Shown: in pieces, positions 22,021 through 32,422 of the stretch
Position numbering within the stretch: the first letter of the stretch is position 1
Layout of the letters: each line of letters opens with the position of its first letter
Notes under the pieces: model-generated
What the model was told of the DNA's origin: nothing
The model's database searches: none
The model's input: only the letters and a program-made list of their open reading frames with translations
Position numbers and translations under genes: made by a program
NCBI GenBank assembly: GCA_021296535.1
Contig: JAGWAG010000001.1
Span: forward strand, 4,463 to 68,462
Origin: Acidobacteriota bacterium
GTDB lineage: Bacteria > Acidobacteriota > Thermoanaerobaculia > Multivoradales > Multivoraceae
Direction: 5' to 3'
Length of the DNA stretch: 64,000 nt

Positions 22021-22248
22021 ATGAGCGATGACGCAGTCAAGGAAGAGCTTCTGGCCCAGGAGGGTGAGTTCCGCAAGCTCTACGACGAGCACCAGGCCTG
22101 TGAGAACCAACTCGAAGAACTGGTCGGTCGTCCCGTCCTGTCGCCGATCGACCACTCCGAGGCCAAGCGCATCAAGCTCCACAAACTCGCCCTCAAGGAC
22201 CGCATGGAGTCGATCCTCCGGTCACACGCTCTTCAAGCCGCCAGGTAG
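22021..22248 (+). CDS. DUF465 (YdcH-like) small coiled-coil protein
   Basis: 75 aa, with LLAQEGEFRKLYDEHQACENQLEEL...EAKRIKLHKLALKDRM. A strong Shine-Dalgarno sequence (GAAGGGAGG) precedes it. Confidence 0.8.
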   Translation: MSDDAVKEELLAQEGEFRKLYDEHQACENQLEELVGRPVLSPIDHSEAKRIKLHKLALKDRMESILRSHALQAAR

Positions 22249-22317
22249 CGCTGCAAGGCCCCATCCCCCGCCGTTTCACGCCCGGCAAGACGGACGCGCC
22301 GGGGCGGACCTGAACGG

Positions 22318-23016
22318 ATGAGATTCGCACGGGAAGCCTGGCCCTTCGTGCTGCCGTTCCTTGCCGTTGCCGGCGTGTTCTGGCTGGTCGGTGTTCTTCC
22401 GGCTGCTGTCGCGATGACGGTGCTCGGTTTCCTGGTGCTTCTCTTCTTCCGCGATCCAACGCGGAGCTATGACGGCCCCCCCGATGTCGTTCTCGCACCC
22501 GCCGAGGGCACGGTCACCGCGGTCGAGGTCATCACGGACAGCGCTCTCGGAGACGAAACGTGGCGCCGCATCTCGATCTTCCTGTCGGTGTTCAACGTGC
22601 ATACCCAGAAAACGCCAGTGGAGGGGGTCGTGATCGGCAGTATCGCGACACCGGGCAAGAAGCTGCCGGCGTACCGCAAGGAAGCGGGCGACGTGAACGA
22701 GAACCACCTGACCCTGCTCCGGCGCACCCAGGGCGACCTGATCGCGGTGCGCCAGATTGCCGGCCTGGTCGCGCGTCGCGTCGTCTCCCGCCTGCAGGCA
22801 GGTCAACGGGTGATCCAGGGCGAGCCTCTCGGCCTGATCAAGTTCGGTTCCAGGGTCGATGTGTTCGTACCGATGTCCTACGACCCGCTGGTTGAAAAGG
22901 GACAGCGCGTGGTCTCCGGAGAGACGCCGATCGCCATGCCCACCGATCCGTCGACCCCGCCGCCCACCGACTTCCCCGTCAGCAGACTCTCGACTCCCCG
23001 TTCAGACGCCCAATGA
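22318..23016 (+). CDS. psd: Phosphatidylserine decarboxylase (short, membrane-anchored type)
   Basis: 232 aa, with N-terminal TM segments and IKFGSRVDV (a G-S self-cleavage site). It lies directly upstream of pssA. Confidence 0.88.
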   Translation: MRFAREAWPFVLPFLAVAGVFWLVGVLPAAVAMTVLGFLVLLFFRDPTRSYDGPPDVVLAPAEGTVTAVEVITDSALGDETWRRISIFLSVFNVHTQKTPVEGVVIGSIATPGKKLPAYRKEAGDVNENHLTLLRRTQGDLIAVRQIAGLVARRVVSRLQAGQRVIQGEPLGLIKFGSRVDVFVPMSYDPLVEKGQRVVSGETPIAMPTDPSTPPPTDFPVSRLSTPRSDAQ

Positions 23017-23855
23017 CCTGGAAGCGACCCGGAAGACGCGGCAGGCCCTTGCGAGCAGGGGCCAACTCCAGGTTCGATACGGGGTCGTCGGCCCGACCGC
23101 GCAGGCCCTTGCGAGCGGGGGCCTACCTCATCCCCAGCCTGTTCACGACGGCGAACATGCTGCTCGGCTTCTACGCTCTGCTGGCCGGGCTGGAAGGACA
23201 GTTTCGGGCCGCGGTTCTGATGCTCTTCGCGGCCGCCGTGCTCGACACGCTGGACGGGCGGATCGCGCGCCTGACCAGTACCGCCAGCCCTTTCGGACGG
23301 GAGTACGACTCGCTCGCCGACCTGGTTTCCTTCGGCCTCGCGCCCGCCCTGCTCTGCTACCTGTGGGGCCTGGACGAACTCGGCCGGGTCGGCTTCGCGG
23401 CCCCCGCCGTCTACCTGCTCTGCAGCGCGGCAAGGCTCGCCCGCTTCAACGTCAGCCGGCGCACCACCGATCCCAGGTACTTCATCGGCTTGCCCGCGCC
23501 CGCGGCAGCCGGCGCCATCGGCTCGATCCTCTTCTTCGTCGACACCAGGGGCGACTCCTTCGTGCTCCAACTCGCGGTCCTGGGCGCCCTGATCCTCGTC
23601 GGCCTGCTCTCGGTGTCCACCTTCCGCTACCTGAGCTTCAAGGAGATCGATTTCCGGCGCCGCAGGGGCTTCCGCGTCGTCGTGGTCATCGCCGCGATCA
23701 CGGTCCTCGCCCTGATCCACATCGGTCTCTTCTTCCTCGTGGGCGCCGCGAGCTACGCACTCTCGGGACCGACGGCCTGGCTGGGAAGAAGGCTGCGCCG
23801 ACGAGGCCGGACCGGTCGCACCGAGGCCGAGGCGGCAACCGGCCCCGGCCCCTGA
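23013..23855 (+). CDS. pssA: CDP-diacylglycerol--serine O-phosphatidyltransferase
   Basis: Carries the CDP-alcohol phosphatidyltransferase motif DTLDGRIARLTSTASPFGREYDSLADLVSF. The ATG overlaps the psd stop (ATGA). Confidence 0.9.
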   Translation: MTWKRPGRRGRPLRAGANSRFDTGSSARPRRPLRAGAYLIPSLFTTANMLLGFYALLAGLEGQFRAAVLMLFAAAVLDTLDGRIARLTSTASPFGREYDSLADLVSFGLAPALLCYLWGLDELGRVGFAAPAVYLLCSAARLARFNVSRRTTDPRYFIGLPAPAAAGAIGSILFFVDTRGDSFVLQLAVLGALILVGLLSVSTFRYLSFKEIDFRRRRGFRVVVVIAAITVLALIHIGLFFLVGAASYALSGPTAWLGRRLRRRGRTGRTEAEAATGPGP

Positions 23856-23921
23856 CGCGACGGAAGACTCCCGAGAGACGGCACACCCGGTTCAACCGCC
23901 CGCTGCTACTCTCCGCGGCCC

Positions 23922-24863
23922 ATGACGACTGCCTCGCCCAGCAACCATCATCGCCTGACGATCCTCGGCTCTGGGCCGGCCGGTCTCACCGCGGCCCTCT
24001 ACGCCGCCCGGGCCGACCTCGCACCCCTCGTCCTCGAGGGCAGCCAGCCCGGCGGCCAGTTGACGATCACCACCGATGTCGAGAACTACCCGGGATTTCC
24101 CGAGGGGATCATGGGACCCGAACTGATCGACCAGATGCGGGCCCAGGCCCAGCGCTTCGGCGCCGACACCCGATTCGAGACCGGCACCTTGGTGGACCTG
24201 AACGAGCGGCCCTTCCGGATCGAGACGGACGGTGGCGAGTACTCAGCCGACGCCCTGATCATCGCCACCGGCGCCTCGGCCCGCCAGTTGGGCCTTTCCT
24301 CGGAGGCGGAGCTCATGGGGTACGGCGTCTCGGCCTGCGCCACCTGCGACGGCTTCTTTTTCCGCGACAAGGAGCTCGTCGTGGTGGGCGGCGGCGACAC
24401 GGCGATGGAAGAGGCCACATTCCTGACCAAGTTCGCCAGCAAGGTGACGATCGTTCACCGTCGCGGCGAGCTGCGGGCCTCGGCGATCATGCGCGACCGC
24501 GCCGCCGCCAACGAGAAGATCGACTGGCGATTCCACGCCACGGTAGAGGAGATCTACGGTTCCCAGGCGGAGGGCGTGCGAGGCGTGCGCCTCCGCGACC
24601 CCCGCTCGGGCGACGAATCGGACTTCGCCTGCCAGGGCGTATTCATGGCCATCGGCCACACCCCGAACACCGATCTGTTCAGGAAAAAGCTGGCCATGGA
24701 CGAGGTGGGCTACCTCAAGGTGCACCATCCGGGCACCGCGACGGACATCGAGGGCGTGTTCGCCTGCGGCGACGTGATGGATCCGATCTACCGCCAGGCG
24801 GTCACCGCCGCCGGAACCGGCTGCCAGGCCGCGATCGACGCCGAACGCTGGCTGAGCGAATGA
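23922..24863 (+). CDS. trxB: Thioredoxin-disulfide reductase
   Basis: 313 aa, with [17 protein letters not shown], the redox centre CATCDGFFF, and [13 protein letters not shown]. Confidence 0.95.
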   Translation: MTTASPSNHHRLTILGSGPAGLTAALYAARADLAPLVLEGSQPGGQLTITTDVENYPGFPEGIMGPELIDQMRAQAQRFGADTRFETGTLVDLNERPFRIETDGGEYSADALIIATGASARQLGLSSEAELMGYGVSACATCDGFFFRDKELVVVGGGDTAMEEATFLTKFASKVTIVHRRGELRASAIMRDRAAANEKIDWRFHATVEEIYGSQAEGVRGVRLRDPRSGDESDFACQGVFMAIGHTPNTDLFRKKLAMDEVGYLKVHHPGTATDIEGVFACGDVMDPIYRQAVTAAGTGCQAAIDAERWLSE

Positions 24864-24966
24864 CGGACGAGGCCACACTCGACGGGCCGCCCGCCGGGAA
24901 TCGCAGGTCCAGCCGGGCGAGTAGACTGACCGCCCACAACCGCACCACCTGACGAGGACGGCACGC

Positions 24967-26088
<1,122 letters not shown>

Positions 26089-26106
26089 GGCCCCGCCTGA
26101 GGGCCG

Positions 26107-27426
26107 CTACAGCAGCGCTGTGACCAGCTCCGGATACAGGCAGATCAGCGCCAGCCCGATGAGCTGAATGACGATGAAGGGGATCACGCCCCGGTACATC
26201 TGAACCGTCGTGATCCGGCGCGGCGCCACCCCCCGCAGGTAGAAGATCGCGAAGCCGAACGGCGGCGTCAGGAAAGACGTCTGCAGGTTCATGCCGATCA
26301 TCACGCCGAACCACACCATGTCGACATCGAGGATGCGTGCCGCCGGCGCGATCAACGGGATCACGATGAAGGCGATCTCGAAGAAGTCGATGAAGAACCC
26401 GAGAATGAAGATCGCGAGATTCGCGACGATCAGCAGGCCGATCTTCCCGCCCGGGAGGCCGGTCAGCAGATCCTCGATCCAGATGTCGCCGTAGAGCCCC
26501 CGGAAGACAAGCGCGAAGGCGGTCGAGCCGATGAGCAGGAAGATGACCATCGTGGTCAGTTTCGCCGTCGCGTCCATCGTTTCCTTGACGGCCTTCATCG
26601 TCAGTCGTCGGCGCGACAGGGCCAGCGCGATCGCGCCGACGGCGCCCAGAGCCCCCGCCTCGGTCGGGGTCGCGATGCCAGCGAAGATGCTGCCCAGGAC
26701 GACCAGGATCAGCACCATGGGCGGCAGCATGACGACGGCCACCTGTCGGGCCAGCGCGGCGCCGCCGAGCGTCCGCTCCTCGGCGGGCAGCGCCGGGGCG
26801 GCGGCTGGTTTGGCGATCGCGACACCAACGACATACACAGCGTAGAAGCCCGCCAGCATCAGGCCCGGAATCAAGGAGCCGATGAACAGGTCGCCGACCG
26901 AGATGCCGAGCTGGTCGGCAAGCACGACGAGCACGACGCTGGGCGGAATGATCTGGCCCAGCGTGCCCGCGGCGCTGATCACGCCCGTGGCGAGCATCGG
27001 CGAGTAGTCGTAGCGGAGCATGACCGGCAGCGAGATCAGCCCCATCGCGACGACCGACGCGCCGACCACACCGGTTGCCGCGGCGAGCATCGCGCCGACC
27101 ACGACCACCGCCAGCGCCAGGCCTCCGCGCAAGCGCCCGAACAGCATCCCGATCGTGCGCAGGAGATCCTCCGCCAGCTTCGACTTCTCGAGCATCGTGC
27201 CCATGAAGATAAAGAAGGGCACGGCGAGCAGGACGCCGTTCGACATGACGCCGAAGACCCGCTCAGGGAATGCGTAGAGGAGGTTCCAGGAGAAGAGCCC
27301 GAGCTCGATGCCGATGAAGGCGAAGATCAGGGCCGTGCCGCCGAGCGAGAAGGCGACCGGATAGCCCGCGAAGATGAACAGAAAGACGACGACGAACATC
27401 AGCGGGCCGAGGAAGTCGCCGCTCAC
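26107..27426 (-). CDS. TRAP transporter large permease (DctM)
   Basis: Trimmed to the GTG at 27426, which overlaps the dctQ stop (GTGA). The product is 439 aa and polytopic (FAGYPVAFSLGGTALIF...PFFIFMGTMLEKS...). Confidence 0.9.
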   Translation of the reverse strand: MSGDFLGPLMFVVVFLFIFAGYPVAFSLGGTALIFAFIGIELGLFSWNLLYAFPERVFGVMSNGVLLAVPFFIFMGTMLEKSKLAEDLLRTIGMLFGRLRGGLALAVVVVGAMLAAATGVVGASVVAMGLISLPVMLRYDYSPMLATGVISAAGTLGQIIPPSVVLVVLADQLGISVGDLFIGSLIPGLMLAGFYAVYVVGVAIAKPAAAPALPAEERTLGGAALARQVAVVMLPPMVLILVVLGSIFAGIATPTEAGALGAVGAIALALSRRRLTMKAVKETMDATAKLTTMVIFLLIGSTAFALVFRGLYGDIWIEDLLTGLPGGKIGLLIVANLAIFILGFFIDFFEIAFIVIPLIAPAARILDVDMVWFGVMIGMNLQTSFLTPPFGFAIFYLRGVAPRRITTVQMYRGVIPFIVIQLIGLALICLYPELVTALL

Positions 27427-28007
27427 AACAGCCCCTCCTGCTCCATTTCCTCCTCTTCGGCCCCGGCCTTGAGCGCGCGCAGGCGCTGCCAGTTCCTGAC
27501 CGCCTCGGCGATCCCCTGCACGGCCAGCAGCGTGAATGCCACCAGCAGAACGCTCTTGATCGGATACCTCGGAAGACCACCGGGATCGGAAGACACTTCC
27601 AGCACCGCCCAGGAGTTCCGCACCGCCGGCCACGACATGATGAGCCCGAAGACCGCGAACGGGATCAGAAACAGCAGCGAGCCCCACAGGTCGATATGTC
27701 GCCGCCACCGCTCCGGCAACCGGCTGTAGACCACGTCGACCCGGACGTGGGCGTTGGTCTGCAGCGCGTAGGCGGCGCCCAGCAGGAAGACCAGGCTGAA
27801 CATGTACCACTGCAACTCGAGGTAGGCGTTCGAGCTCAGGTTCCAGCCCGTGAACCGGCCCAGGTAGCGGACCACCGCGTTGTACGCTCCGACGACGACC
27901 ATGGCCAGGGTCAGCCAGGAGACAGCGACCCCGAGTCGCGAGTTGAAGCGATCGACCCAGCCGACGAAGCCGGACAGGAAGACGCCCGAAGCACGTTCTG
28001 ACGCCAT
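27423..28007 (-). CDS. TRAP transporter small permease (DctQ)
   Basis: Trimmed to the ATG at 28007. The product is 194 aa with four TM segments (AYLELQWYMFSLVFLLGAAYALQTNAHVRVDVVY). Confidence 0.88.
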   Translation of the reverse strand: MASERASGVFLSGFVGWVDRFNSRLGVAVSWLTLAMVVVGAYNAVVRYLGRFTGWNLSSNAYLELQWYMFSLVFLLGAAYALQTNAHVRVDVVYSRLPERWRRHIDLWGSLLFLIPFAVFGLIMSWPAVRNSWAVLEVSSDPGGLPRYPIKSVLLVAFTLLAVQGIAEAVRNWQRLRALKAGAEEEEMEQEGLL

Positions 28008-28037
28008 GAGCGGGGCGCAGGCTAGCAGCAGCCGGCC

Positions 28038-29402
28038 GTGACTGAGGCGGCGACACCCGGCCTGACCCGCCGATTCGCGCGGCTGACGGCGCTCAACACA
28101 GCGTCCAACCTGACCGTGCCGGTGGCCGGTCTGGCCGACACGGTAATGCTCGGCCGACTCGACGACGTGCGCTTTCTCGCCGGCGTGGTCCTGGGCGCCC
28201 TGATCTTCGACTACCTGTACTTCGGGTTCGCCTTTCTGCGCATGGGGACCACCGGAGTCACCGCCCAGTCCTGGGGCCGCGGCGACACCGGGGAGGTCGC
28301 CGCACACCTCTATCGCGCCCTCCTGCTGGCAGCCCTTCTCGGCCTCGTGACGGTCGCGCTCCGCGGCCCGCTCGGCGACCTCGGCTTCCGACTCCTTTCC
28401 GGCACCGCGGAGGTAGAAGACGCCGGCCGCCGCTACTACGACGCCCGGATCTGGGGTGCGCCCGCGACCTTCGCGAATCTGGCGTTCGTCGGCTGGTTCC
28501 TGGGCCGGGGCGAAGCCGCACGGGCCCTGCTCGTCGTCGCGGCAGCAAACGTCGGCAACATCGTGCTGAACTGGTGGTTCATCCTTCACCTGGGTTGGGC
28601 CGCGTTCGGCGCCGGAGTCGCCACCGCCACCGCACAGTGGCTGGCGGCCGGCATCGGTCTGATCCTGACCGTCGGTGCGGGCGCCGCATCATGCTCCTGG
28701 CGGACCGTGCTCGACCGTGCCGCGTTGCGCCGGCTCGTCGCCCTGAGCGGGCACCTGGTGGTCCGGACCCTTCTCCTGATCACGGCCTTTGCCGTGTTCA
28801 CCAACGCCAGCGCGCTCCTCGGCACCGCCCGCCTGGCGGCGAACGGCCTGATCCTCCGCATGCTGAGTCTCGCCTCCTACCTGGTCGACGGCGCGGCCTT
28901 CGCCGGCGAGACACTCGCCGGCATGGCCTACGGCGCCGGCGACCGCAGAGAACTGCGGCGCGTTCTGATCCTGACGGTGACGGCAGCCGAAGTCTGCGCC
29001 GTCGCCTTCCTGCTGCCGGTGTTGATCTTTCCCCGCGGCACGTACGGCCTCCTGGTCGGTTACGACGATGTCGTCGCACTCGCCGTCGACAGCAACATCT
29101 GGCTGCTGCCCGTGCTCCTCTTCGCCGCCCTCGCCTACGCGTTCGACGGCTTCTTCCTCGGCCTCACCCAGGGCAAGCTGCTCAGCCGGGCGATGGTGAT
29201 CAGCCTGGGGCTCGGTTTCGCTCCGCTCGCCTGGGCCGCGATCCACTTCCGGGACAGCAACCTGCTCTGGCTCAGCATGGTCGGCATGATGGCCGGCCGG
29301 GCGGCCACACTGGGCTTCGCGGCGCGTCGCTACCTGCTGCCAGCGAAGCTCAGTGCCTCCCGAGACGACAGGGGCTACACTGCGGGCCGCAAACCGACCT
29401 AG
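28038..29402 (+). CDS. MATE-family efflux transporter (DinF-like)
   Basis: 454 aa with 12 predicted TM segments and an N-terminal NLTVPVAGLADTVMLGRL pattern typical of MATE. The start is GTG. Confidence 0.85.
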   Translation: MTEAATPGLTRRFARLTALNTASNLTVPVAGLADTVMLGRLDDVRFLAGVVLGALIFDYLYFGFAFLRMGTTGVTAQSWGRGDTGEVAAHLYRALLLAALLGLVTVALRGPLGDLGFRLLSGTAEVEDAGRRYYDARIWGAPATFANLAFVGWFLGRGEAARALLVVAAANVGNIVLNWWFILHLGWAAFGAGVATATAQWLAAGIGLILTVGAGAASCSWRTVLDRAALRRLVALSGHLVVRTLLLITAFAVFTNASALLGTARLAANGLILRMLSLASYLVDGAAFAGETLAGMAYGAGDRRELRRVLILTVTAAEVCAVAFLLPVLIFPRGTYGLLVGYDDVVALAVDSNIWLLPVLLFAALAYAFDGFFLGLTQGKLLSRAMVISLGLGFAPLAWAAIHFRDSNLLWLSMVGMMAGRAATLGFAARRYLLPAKLSASRDDRGYTAGRKPT

Positions 29403-29429
29403 GACAGCATCAGGGGGAGACCGGAGACC

Positions 29430-30215
29430 ATGGGAAAGCTCGAAGGAAAGACCACTCTCGTCACTGGCGGCGGCACCGGCATCGGCCGAGCCACCGCGCT
29501 GCTCTTCGCCCGTGAAGGCGCGACCGTCATCGTGTCGGGCCGGCGGCTCGAACCGCTCGAGGCGGTCGTGTCCGAGATCGAGGCAGCGGGCGGCAGCGCC
29601 TGGGCTCATTCCGCCGACATGGAGGACGCCGGCGCCGTCCGCGGCCTCGCGGGGGCGGTGCTCGACCGCCACCCCACGGTCGACGTCCTGGTCCACAACG
29701 CGGGTCACAGCTCGAAGGTCCGCAGCACGCGCTACATCTCCCAGGAGGAGTGGGACAGCGTGATCGCCGTCAACGCGACCGGGCCGGCGATGCTGACGAA
29801 GGCCCTGCTGCCGGCGATGCTCGGACACGGCGGCGCCACCGTGATCATGGTCTCCTCGATGGCGGCCATCCGCCCGGGAGTCATGGCCGGCACCGCCTAC
29901 GGCGCCGCGAAGGCCGCCTCCCGCAACTACATCTTCGGCCTCGGCGCGGAACTCCGCCAGCTCGGCATCCGCGCCACCAGCGTCCTGCCCGGCGAGGTCG
30001 ACACGCCGATCCTCGACAACCGGCCGCGGCCGCCGTCAACCGAGGAGCGGGCGAACATGATGGCCGCCGAGGACATCGCCGAGGCGATCCTGACCGCGGC
30101 AGCCCTTCCCGAACGCACCGTGATCGAGGAAATGACCCTGATGCCCACAAAGCTACGCGACTACTCCGCCGACATCGCGGCGGCGAAAACCCTCGGCGCG
30201 CCGGAGGCCGACTGA
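29430..30215 (+). CDS. SDR-family oxidoreductase
   Basis: Contains TLVTGGGTGIGRA (TGxxxGIG), NAG, and the catalytic YGAAK. Confidence 0.9.
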   Translation: MGKLEGKTTLVTGGGTGIGRATALLFAREGATVIVSGRRLEPLEAVVSEIEAAGGSAWAHSADMEDAGAVRGLAGAVLDRHPTVDVLVHNAGHSSKVRSTRYISQEEWDSVIAVNATGPAMLTKALLPAMLGHGGATVIMVSSMAAIRPGVMAGTAYGAAKAASRNYIFGLGAELRQLGIRATSVLPGEVDTPILDNRPRPPSTEERANMMAAEDIAEAILTAAALPERTVIEEMTLMPTKLRDYSADIAAAKTLGAPEAD

Positions 30216-30229
30216 CGTGCCGGCACCAG

Positions 30230-30251
30230 CGCTACTACCGCGCTACTACCG
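30230..30251 (+). repeat. Perfect tandem duplication CGCTACTACCG x2
   Basis: Read directly from the sequence, in the convergent spacer between the SDR gene and paralog 1. A 10-bp palindrome, GTGCCGGCAC, lies just upstream (30217-30226). Confidence 0.85.
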
Positions 30252-30291
30252 GCCGGGGACGAACCTCAGCCGCTGACTCGTACCGGAGAGG

Positions 30292-30753
30292 CTACTCCGC
30301 CGCGGGCGCCTTCCTGTGCACCACGGCCGCCCCGATCACGCCGCCGATCGTCGAGAACGCGACGTTGATGATCAGGGAAAAGCCGACGATCGCGATGATG
30401 CCGAGGCCGGCGATCGTGCTGAAGAGGCTCAGGGCCTCGAAGTCCTCGGTGGATTCCGCGGCGAGAGCCCCGATCCCCATCGCGCCCGTGAGGCCCCCAA
30501 GGATCAGGAGCCCCAGCAGAATGCTCAGCACGGAGCCGAAGACGCCGGCCAGCGCTCCGATCTTCGCGCCCTCGCCGTACGGAGCCGTCGCGGCGGGCGG
30601 GTCGTCCTTCAGCGCGAGGTAGACCGCCAGGATGCCGCCGCCCACGACCAGGGCGCAGCAGGCGATGTTCAGCAGTTGGAGGCCGGGAATCTGCGAGGCG
30701 ATCGCTCCCGCGCCGCCACCGATAGCTGCGGCTCCGATCTTCTTTCCTGTCAT
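30292..30753 (-). CDS. Small polytopic membrane protein, CC-motif paralog 1 (uncharacterised family)
   Basis: 153 aa, with KKIGAAAIGGGAGAI...LLNIACCALVVGGGILAVYLAL...FSLIINVAFSTIGGVIGAAVVHRK. A Shine-Dalgarno sequence (GAGGAG) is present. Confidence 0.8.
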   Translation of the reverse strand: MTGKKIGAAAIGGGAGAIASQIPGLQLLNIACCALVVGGGILAVYLALKDDPPAATAPYGEGAKIGALAGVFGSVLSILLGLLILGGLTGAMGIGALAAESTEDFEALSLFSTIAGLGIIAIVGFSLIINVAFSTIGGVIGAAVVHRKAPAAE

Positions 30754-30783
30754 GGCGTCTCCTCAGGTTTGGGTGAAACCGGG

Positions 30784-31248
30784 CTAAGCCGAGGGCTTCT
30801 TGTGGAACACCGCGGCGCCGATCACGCCGCCAATGGCGGAGAAGATGACATTGAACACCAGGCTGAACAGGAAGGCAAGCACACCCAGGCCCGCCATTCT
30901 CGACGTGTCAGCGCCGGAAAACCCCTCGAGCACTTCCGGAGGCATTCCCTCGATGCCCTCCATGAACCCCCGCATCATCTCCATCGGATCACCGACGATC
31001 ATCGCCATCGGTATCGAGACGATCAGACCCACGATCGCCGCGGCGGCACCGGCCAGCACGCCGACCATCGCGCCGTCGCCGTAGGGGGCGGTGTCCGTGG
31101 CAGGTTCGTTCCTCATCGCCAAGTAGACGGCCAGCAAGCCACCGCCGATCACCAGCGCACAGCACAGGCAATTGACGATCGGAATCTGGGTAGCGATACC
31201 CGCCGCCCCGCCGCCGATGGCGGCCGCTTTGAGTTTCTTCGGTGTCAT
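30784..31248 (-). CDS. Small polytopic membrane protein, CC-motif paralog 2
   Basis: 154 aa, with KKLKAAAIGGGAAGI...VNCLCCALVIGGGLLAVYLAM...FSLVFNVIFSAIGGVIGAAVFHKK. A Shine-Dalgarno sequence (GAGGAG) is present. Confidence 0.8.
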   Translation of the reverse strand: MTPKKLKAAAIGGGAAGIATQIPIVNCLCCALVIGGGLLAVYLAMRNEPATDTAPYGDGAMVGVLAGAAAAIVGLIVSIPMAMIVGDPMEMMRGFMEGIEGMPPEVLEGFSGADTSRMAGLGVLAFLFSLVFNVIFSAIGGVIGAAVFHKKPSA

Positions 31249-31297
31249 GGAGTCTCCTCAGTCAGACCGAACTCGCGAATCCGCCACGCAACACGCT

Positions 31298-31777
31298 CTA
31301 CGGGTTCCCGGATGGCAAGTTTCGGGGCATCTGTTGGACGATCTGGCCGACTGCGGCCCAGACCAGGACGGCGATGGCCGCCGCCGCCAGCACGCCGGTC
31401 GAGAACCGGCTCACCGGCGTGTTCATCGGCAGCAGCCAGTCGATCCCGGCGGGCGCCAGGAACAGGAGAACGCGCCTGGGCTTCTCGAGCAGCCAGTCCC
31501 GTGCCGAGCGAAACAGCGGCAACACCATCAGCCCCAGAGTAAAGCCGACGTAGAAGCCGAAGCAGCGGTGGCACACGGCCAGGGGGTGCCCCGCCACGTG
31601 AAAGCTGCGCTCGGCGATCTGATGGCAGACCGGCGCGAAGATCTCGTACACCAGCGGCGCCAGGAAACCTCCCCGCGCGGCCGACATGGGAGCGACGACG
31701 ACCATCGCGACGGCGAAGCAGCACCCCAGTGCAACGACAGCCGTTACCGCTGGGGCCCCGAACCGCTGGCCAAGCAT
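31298..31777 (-). CDS. DUF2085-family membrane protein (conserved Cys/His)
   Basis: Contains the DUF2085 signature APVCHQIAERSFHVAGHPLAVCHRCFGFYVGF. Trimmed to the ATG at 31777. Confidence 0.8.
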   Translation of the reverse strand: MLGQRFGAPAVTAVVALGCCFAVAMVVVAPMSAARGGFLAPLVYEIFAPVCHQIAERSFHVAGHPLAVCHRCFGFYVGFTLGLMVLPLFRSARDWLLEKPRRVLLFLAPAGIDWLLPMNTPVSRFSTGVLAAAAIAVLVWAAVGQIVQQMPRNLPSGNP

Positions 31778-31876
31778 CGTCCGCCTAGTGTAGCTGCGCG
31801 ACGGCAACCGCCGGAGCGGCTCCGCATACCACGCGCTACACTCGCGCCCGCCCCACGCCAACCACCAGGAGCACTC

Positions 31877-32362
31877 ATGTCCCCGAACCGAGTGAAGGCT
31901 GCCGCGATCGGCGGCGCCGCCGCGGGAGTCCTGTCTTCGATACCGATTCTGGAGTGGATCAACCTCGCGTGCTGCGCCCTCATCGTCGGCGGCGCCGTGC
32001 TCGCCGTCTATCTGGCGTTCCGAAACGAACCCCCCACCGAGAAGGCGCCTCTGGGCGCCGGCGCCGCGATCGGCGCGCTCAGCGGCGTGTTCGCCGCGGT
32101 CGCCGGGACGATCGTCTCCATCCCGATCGCGCTCATCGCCGGCAACGCCGGCGCTGGAGCACTTCAGGAGTTCCTGGAGAGCAGCGACGCGGTAGCGATC
32201 GAAGGGCCCGTCAGAGACCTGCTCGAGAGCCTCGCCGGCTCAGGCGAGGGGATCGCCCTGGGCGCTCTCCTTTTCGGCTTGGGGTTCAGCCTCGTCATCA
32301 ACACGATCTTCGGCACACTTGGCGGCATCCTCGGGGCGGCGATCTTCAACAAGAAGGAGTAG
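31877..32362 (+). CDS. Small polytopic membrane protein, CC-motif paralog 3
   Basis: Trimmed from the 396-aa track ORF to the ATG at 31877 (Shine-Dalgarno CAGGAG). The product is 161 aa, with NRVKAAAIGGAAAGV...INLACCALIVGGAVLAVYLAF...FSLVINTIFGTLGGILGAAIFNKK. Confidence 0.8.
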   Translation: MSPNRVKAAAIGGAAAGVLSSIPILEWINLACCALIVGGAVLAVYLAFRNEPPTEKAPLGAGAAIGALSGVFAAVAGTIVSIPIALIAGNAGAGALQEFLESSDAVAIEGPVRDLLESLAGSGEGIALGALLFGLGFSLVINTIFGTLGGILGAAIFNKKE

Positions 32363-32422
32363 GTACCTCGAGCAACGGCTCAATCCGGCCCGCCGGTATG
32401 ATCGCGCCGTGAGGAGCGATAG

